64,000 nucleotides of DNA, from contig CBDDCA010000003.1 of NCBI GenBank assembly GCA_965226055.1, positions 98,076 through 162,075 of the forward strand, read 5' to 3'. The DNA is from Spirochaetia bacterium. Its GTDB lineage: Bacteria > Spirochaetota > Spirochaetia > WTKD01 > G963693115. Made by a program: the position numbers and the translations under genes. Below, in pieces: positions 58,812-64,000 of the stretch; the stretch's first letter is position 1; the number at the start of each line of letters is the position of its first letter. The notes below the pieces were generated by a model that was given only the letters and a program-made list of their open reading frames with translations, was not told the origin of the DNA and searched no databases.

Positions 58812-60407
58812 CTACATCTCCCAATAACTAGAACCATCTTTTCTATCTTTAATGACTATATTTGCTGAAAGAAGCATATCTCTTAAATGATCTGATAATG
58901 CAAAATTTTTCTCATTTCTTGCCACTGTTCGCATGTCTACAATGGCATCTATTAAACGAGTAAACAACTGTGTTTCTTCTTGGTGTGTCCGTAATCCTAA
59001 TACCACTGTACAGAACACATAAAATACTACCATACAATCAATATCATCTTTTTCTTCTTCAAGTAGCTTTTCTAAGTATTTATCAATAGAAAATAATGTT
59101 GCTATCACCGCTGGAGTATCCATATCATTATTCATATGATGCTCTAATTCTTCAAGGTACTCTGTAGCTTTTTCTTTCTTCCCTTTAATAGATTGCACAG
59201 CTGTTATAAGCATCTTATGTATATCATCAAAGAAAAGATTAGTAGCATAGTATTGCAGATTATTGCTTATTACACTAAAAGGAAGTGATGTTTTTTCTTG
59301 TTCTGATTTCTGATACAACGAGAAAGCATACTGTAATACTCTTATTTCTATATTACATAAAAGATGTAATAGTTTTTTAAGACCTTTCTCAGTACCTTTC
59401 AGTGCATCATCAGTAACATCAAGAATACTACGATAATGCGAACGTAAAAGAAAAAATCGTAATACATTGGGGCCATATCCCTTGCTTATATGTTCATTAT
59501 TACCAGTAAAGCAATCCTCAAGATTAATAAAGTTACCAAGACTTTTACTCATTTTCTGATGGTTAATAGTAATAAGATTATTATATACCCAATAGTTTGC
59601 CTGCAATGTATTATACAATGCATATGTTTGTGCAATTTCTGCTTCATGATGAGGAAACTGTAAATCTAATCCTCCTCCATGTATGTCAAATGGTATTCCA
59701 AGATACTTTTTACTCATTGCGGCACATTCTGTATGCCATCCTGGAAAACCATGATTAGTCCACTTTGAGCACCATTTCATAAGGTGCATAGGATCAGCTT
59801 TTTTCCATAAGGCAAAGTCAAAAGGGGATTTTTTTTCACTATGTTGTGCAGATGTTTCAGTAGAATTTTGCATGTCTTTAATTGATACTCCCGATAAGCC
59901 CCCATACACATTAGCATGTTTCATAAGAAAATGTTGTATATCAAAATATACTGACCCTTGTTTTTCATACGCAAAGCCTAGATCTATAAGCTGTTCAATA
60001 CTCTCTAATTGTTCAGGTATATGTCCAGTGGCAATTGGTTCTATAGAAGGATGGAGTACATTCAAATACCGTAATGCCTGATGATATTTACCAGTATAAA
60101 ACTGCGCTAACTCCATAGGTTCTTTTTTTTCAACCACTGATTGCTTTATAAGTTTATCTTCCCCTTGCTCTTGTACTTCATCTTCTAAATGACCAACATC
60201 TGTTATATTTCTTACATACCGAACGGTATACCCTAAATACTGTAAATACCGATACAGTGTATCAAACACAATAGCAGAGCGTGCATGTCCTAAATGAGGG
60301 CTTCCATAGACTGTAGGGCCACACACATACATACCTACTGTATTCTGAGAGATAGGAACAAATAACTCTACTGTACGCTTATAGTAATTAAACAGTTGCA
60401 AAGACAT
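58812..60407 (-). CDS. cysS: Cysteine--tRNA ligase
   Basis: [53 protein letters not shown]. Confidence 0.97.
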   Translation of the reverse strand: MSLQLFNYYKRTVELFVPISQNTVGMYVCGPTVYGSPHLGHARSAIVFDTLYRYLQYLGYTVRYVRNITDVGHLEDEVQEQGEDKLIKQSVVEKKEPMELAQFYTGKYHQALRYLNVLHPSIEPIATGHIPEQLESIEQLIDLGFAYEKQGSVYFDIQHFLMKHANVYGGLSGVSIKDMQNSTETSAQHSEKKSPFDFALWKKADPMHLMKWCSKWTNHGFPGWHTECAAMSKKYLGIPFDIHGGGLDLQFPHHEAEIAQTYALYNTLQANYWVYNNLITINHQKMSKSLGNFINLEDCFTGNNEHISKGYGPNVLRFFLLRSHYRSILDVTDDALKGTEKGLKKLLHLLCNIEIRVLQYAFSLYQKSEQEKTSLPFSVISNNLQYYATNLFFDDIHKMLITAVQSIKGKKEKATEYLEELEHHMNNDMDTPAVIATLFSIDKYLEKLLEEEKDDIDCMVVFYVFCTVVLGLRTHQEETQLFTRLIDAIVDMRTVARNEKNFALSDHLRDMLLSANIVIKDRKDGSSYWEM

Positions 60408-60426
60408 AATGATAAATACTTCTTTT

Positions 60427-60455
60427 ATTATAATAGCTTATCTCATTTTTTGCAA
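60427..60455 (-). promoter_or_regulatory. Sigma70 promoter of cysS-sufE-mscS
   Basis: TTGCAA-17nt-TATAAT, 19 nt before the ATG. Confidence 0.65.
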
Positions 60456-60473
60456 AAGCATTTCATGGAGGAC

Positions 60474-61554
60474 CACGAGTTCAAGGATTAAATGCGACAA
60501 AGGAGCAAAAAAAGTAAGAAAAAATAAAAAAAGGAGACACTCTATAATTGTATAAACGAAACAAATTAGGAGGTCTCCTTTATGAGTATACCAAAAAACT
60601 CATTTCGTCATCTGACAGAGAAAGATCGTACTATTATCGCTACGCTCCGTCATGCAAAGTACAGTGTCAATGCTATAGCCAAACGCCTCAGTGTCCATCG
60701 CAGCACTGTCTATCGTGAAATACAACGCAATGGGGGCAAACGTGTCTATAATGAAGTCATTGCTCACAGACGGGCAAGAAAACGATGGGAACAGAGTCAT
60801 ACAAAACACTCTGTTCTTTCTCATACTATTCGTACCTATATCGTTTTTCACCTTATTTTCGATGGCTGGTCGCCCGAACAAATAGCAGGAAGGCTCAGTA
60901 TTGATATGCCTCAGTATGCTATCAGTCATGAGACGATATATCACTTTATTTACCGTTTCGCTCCTCATTTGACACAGTATCTGCGAAAACAGCACCAAAC
61001 ACGCAAAAAAAGAACCATATCTCACTCTTTTTCTGTTTCTCGTATCCCTCATCGTGTCTCAGTACACGAACGAGGCGATGTTTCTAATGAATATGGCCAC
61101 TGGGAAGTAGATCTTGTTGGCTCTTCTTCAAAAGCTACTGTGCTTGCTTTAGTGGAAAAACATACCCGTTATGTTCTTTTTCATAAGATACCTGACAAAA
61201 CTGCTCATACCGTACAGTATGGCATGCTCTTTGCTCTAAGGAACATACCACGCCATTTATGTAACAGTTTCACTTATGATAATGGGAGTGAATTTATGCT
61301 CCATACTGAAATAAATACACGCTTGAATGCTCGTTCTTATTTTTGTACTCCTTACTGTGCTTGGGAAAAAGGATTAGTCGAACATTCTATTGGATTATTA
61401 CGTCAGTACTTTCCTAAGAAGACTTTGTTTCATAGAGTCAAGCAAAGTGATATACTACAAGTACAAACGCTTATCAATCATAGACCACGAAAATGTCTTC
61501 ATTTTTTGACCCCTGCTGAAGCCTTTTCTGTCGCATTTAGTCCTTGAATCCGCA
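60474..61554 (+). mobile_element. IS30-family insertion sequence (1081 bp), apparently intact
   Basis: Terminal IR cores TTCAAGGATTAAATGCGACA (60480-60499) and TGTCGCATTTAGTCCTTGAA (61529-61548), 19/20 match; direct repeat GAC at 60471-60473 and 61555-61557. Confidence 0.9.
60582..61547 (+). CDS. IS30-family transposase
   Basis: HTH (HLT..DR..I...IAKRLSVHRSTVYREIQRN), WSPEQIAG, SHETIY, GHWEVD, T.DNGSEF, PYCAWEKG.VE, N.RPRKCL.F.TP. Confidence 0.96.
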   Translation: MSIPKNSFRHLTEKDRTIIATLRHAKYSVNAIAKRLSVHRSTVYREIQRNGGKRVYNEVIAHRRARKRWEQSHTKHSVLSHTIRTYIVFHLIFDGWSPEQIAGRLSIDMPQYAISHETIYHFIYRFAPHLTQYLRKQHQTRKKRTISHSFSVSRIPHRVSVHERGDVSNEYGHWEVDLVGSSSKATVLALVEKHTRYVLFHKIPDKTAHTVQYGMLFALRNIPRHLCNSFTYDNGSEFMLHTEINTRLNARSYFCTPYCAWEKGLVEHSIGLLRQYFPKKTLFHRVKQSDILQVQTLINHRPRKCLHFLTPAEAFSVAFSP

Positions 61555-61580
61555 GACACGATAATAGAGTATTATCCTTA

Positions 61581-61615
61581 TATAGCAAGAAAGGAATATT
61601 TCCTTTCTTGCTATA
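61581..61615. terminator. 16-bp perfect inverted repeat downstream of lipoprotein paralog 3
   Basis: TATAGCAAGAAAGGAA-tat-TTCCTTTCTTGCTATA; stem shared with 17060-17097. Confidence 0.6.
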
Positions 61616-61637
61616 GGTTGTATTTCTTATGCTCCTA

Positions 61638-64000
61638 CTATGTGCTACACTGTGGAGATCCCTTAAATTTTGGATATTTGTTTGGAACTTTGTATATAAG
61701 TGTATCTATAAAACATACCATCACCACTAGCAATTGGTGTGAAACGACACAGTTTCCACGATGATAAATCTTGATTAAATGCAAAAGCTAAGACAAGCAA
61801 ACTTGATGCATTAGCAACATTTCCAACATCCCATCCAGTTATATCTTGATTAAACTTACGAGCGCTAACAAACATATTACTCATACTAGTAACCTCACTT
61901 ACATCCCAATCTCCTATATCTTGATTAAAAACATGTGCTCGATAAAACATAACACTCATATCCGTTACATTACTGGTATTCCACCGTGTTATGTCTCCAT
62001 TAAAAGTATTATCTTCATTAAATAATCGATTCATATCAGTAATAGCACTGGTGTCTATCATGTTGAGGTTGGGGCTAGGGTTGCTGTTCCCTCCTGAACC
62101 TTGCCTTGTCTTTTCTTCACTGATAATAGTTAGGAGATGTGACCTTGTTGTTGGTCTGTAATAGGCCTCTGCTTTTCCTGATGGGTGCTGCTCTTAGCTC
62201 TGTCTGTATAACAATAGTGGCTGGTACTTTTTTCTTTGAAGCAGTAAGAGTACACTGTGCTACATCATAGCTATACTCAGTAATAGCAGTATCACGTATA
62301 TTGGACTTATTTGCTATGCCTGTTATGGTAACTGTTTTGCTACTCTGATCAAACGATACTGTAAGGCCTGTTTCTTTTTTGATTTTCTTTGCATCTGCCT
62401 CTAGTATGGTGGCATCACAGGTAAAGGCATTGCCGCTGGGTGTGCTTGCTAGTACTCTTGTAGTATTTGATGCAAGTGCTGTACCTACTGTTGCTGATAC
62501 TATGCTAGTGTTTCCTATAGCTATTGCACTTACTTCAAACTCGTGGCGTTCTCCTGTTGATGCTTTTGTAGGATCGGTGCTGTTTACTGCTTGTACTACT
62601 ATTTCGTAGGTCGTTCCGTTTGTCAATCCTGTCAGGGTAGTGTTTGTTGTTCCTGCTGCTACTGTTGTAGGACTTGAGTCTGCTTGTTTTATTGCTGCTA
62701 CATTTCTTGCACTGCCACCTTTGGCTACTTTGTATACTTTGTACGATACTTGTGCTACTGTTAGAGTGTCCCCTGTATTTGCTTTGTGGCTTGCACTGAG
62801 GCTGGGAGCTGTCCACGATACTCTCATACCTGTCTGGGCTACTCTCGTCTGTATAGTTGATACTTCTGCAGGGGCAGTCGCCTGCGATGCTGTCGTTACG
62901 CTTGCCACTGTTGAAGATGCTACTTTTTTGCTTGTATCTGTTTTTACTGCTACTTCTACCACAAAGTAATACTTTGTCGCTCCTTTTATTGCTACTACTG
63001 GTGCTGTGGTCTGATGATAAGCCTAAACTCGCAAGGGCTGGCACTGTGTACACTCCGCTACTTGCACTGCCTAGGTTTACTTTTCTGCCTGCAAGTACTT
63101 CTGCTACGGTAGCAGTGCCGTCTTTCTGTAAGCCGTACACGGTGTATACTAGCTGATTGCTTGCTGTTATGTTTGTGCCATCATAGTCTTTTGCTCCTGT
63201 AAATGTACTTAGCTCGGTAAGTACCAGCTTTATTGTTCCTGTAGTATTTGTTGACTGTGATACTACCAGCTTTCCTGTGAGTAATGACTGGCTGAGGGCT
63301 ACTGCTTTGGAAGTATAGATTTCTTTTATTTCTGTTACATCGGTGTAAAAGCCTGCAGGAAAGAGCTTGTCGCTATTTGTTGCATCGTAATTGGGGGATG
63401 TTGTGTTTACTATCCTTACTCCTATGTAGTAATCTTTTGCTGTTTCTATGGGCGTTGCTCCTGCACTGCTTCCACTGGTGCTGTCCACTATTGCTATGGA
63501 TATTGTGTCTTGAGTTGTTCCTGTTGCTTTTGTGTATTTTGCTACTCTCGTACTGCTCTTTTCTGTTGCCCATAGTGCTGATACGCTGGCAGGCTTTCCA
63601 ATGCTATCTTCTTTCTTGAGATATAGCACATAGTAGGCAAGGTCTGTCGCTTCAAGGACATTGCCATTTGCCTTGCTCACTCCTGCTATATCTGAGGCAT
63701 TTACTTGCACTGTTATTACTTTTTTCCCTCTATTGCCTCCTGAAGTAGGCACTGCAAATACTACTGCATTATTTGTAGTATAGGTTGTTACTTTTGGTGT
63801 GCTTGGGGGAGCAGTAAGCGTTGCTTTCTTTATTGTTGCTGATGCTCCTACACTATACGAGGGATTGAGGCTGTTTATCGCTTCTACTCCTGCGGTATAG
63901 TCTGCTCCTTTCGTTCCTATAAATGTTGCTTTTAATGGAGTGCTGTTTCCTGCTAGCTCCCGTGTTTGTACTCCTGCAAGGGCTTTTATTTCATCTAGTG
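61638..64000 (-). pseudogene. Surface lipoprotein paralog 3 (FN3 stalk plus DUF285 repeats), 3' part, with three +1 frameshifts; 5' part lies outside the window
   Basis: Colinear with paralog 1. Extra bases at 63008-63009 (GG) and 62183-62185 (GGG) by alignment, and at 61710-61713 (AAAA) by inference. Removing them gives one ORF ending KYPKFKGSPQCST*, like the YPK...C ends of paralogs 1 and 2. Could be sequencing error. Confidence 0.75.

Noticed and set aside
1-64000. tRNA, rRNA, tmRNA or T-box elements near the aminoacyl-tRNA synthetase genes
   Set aside because: Intergenic regions are short and AT-rich with no cloverleaf or T-box signature; gltX and cysS leaders are too short to hold one.

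Overview
AT-rich bacterial chromosome segment, almost certainly from a spirochete. The gltX-glyS-tyrS block and the murI-rsgA-mutS2-V-ATPase(E,DUF2764,A,B,D,I,K) block follow the gene order I recall from Borrelia/Treponema-type genomes. The core content is PBP1A (partial), aminoacyl-tRNA synthetases, AlaA, ClpA, trpBA, a partial Dpp/Opp ABC transporter, a Na+-type V-ATPase operon, yggS/pdxST, a prenyltransferase plus phytoene synthase, ilvBN, exbB-exbD-exbD-tonB, yjbQ, mscS, sufE and cysS. There are four accessory elements. (1) Three paralogous surface-lipoprotein genes share a near-constant FN3/Ig-like stalk but have a hypervariable C-terminal tip of 25-aa DUF285/BspA-type LRR modules. One copy has an out-of-frame G15 tract in its signal peptide, one copy is frameshifted, and a conserved hairpin follows the variable tip. 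This is the best candidate for an undescribed antigenic/adhesin variation system. (2) A tandem duplication of a TonB-dependent receptor has divergence confined to a few patches. (3) A HindIII-like R-M cassette has a truncated nuclease and an IS30-end scar beside it. (4) An intact IS30-family element has IRs and a 3-bp target duplication. Several genes look leaderless, including two divergent genes that share one palindromic -10 box. No rRNA, tRNA, CRISPR array or reverse transcriptase was seen. All assignments come from motif recognition by eye; no database searches were run.
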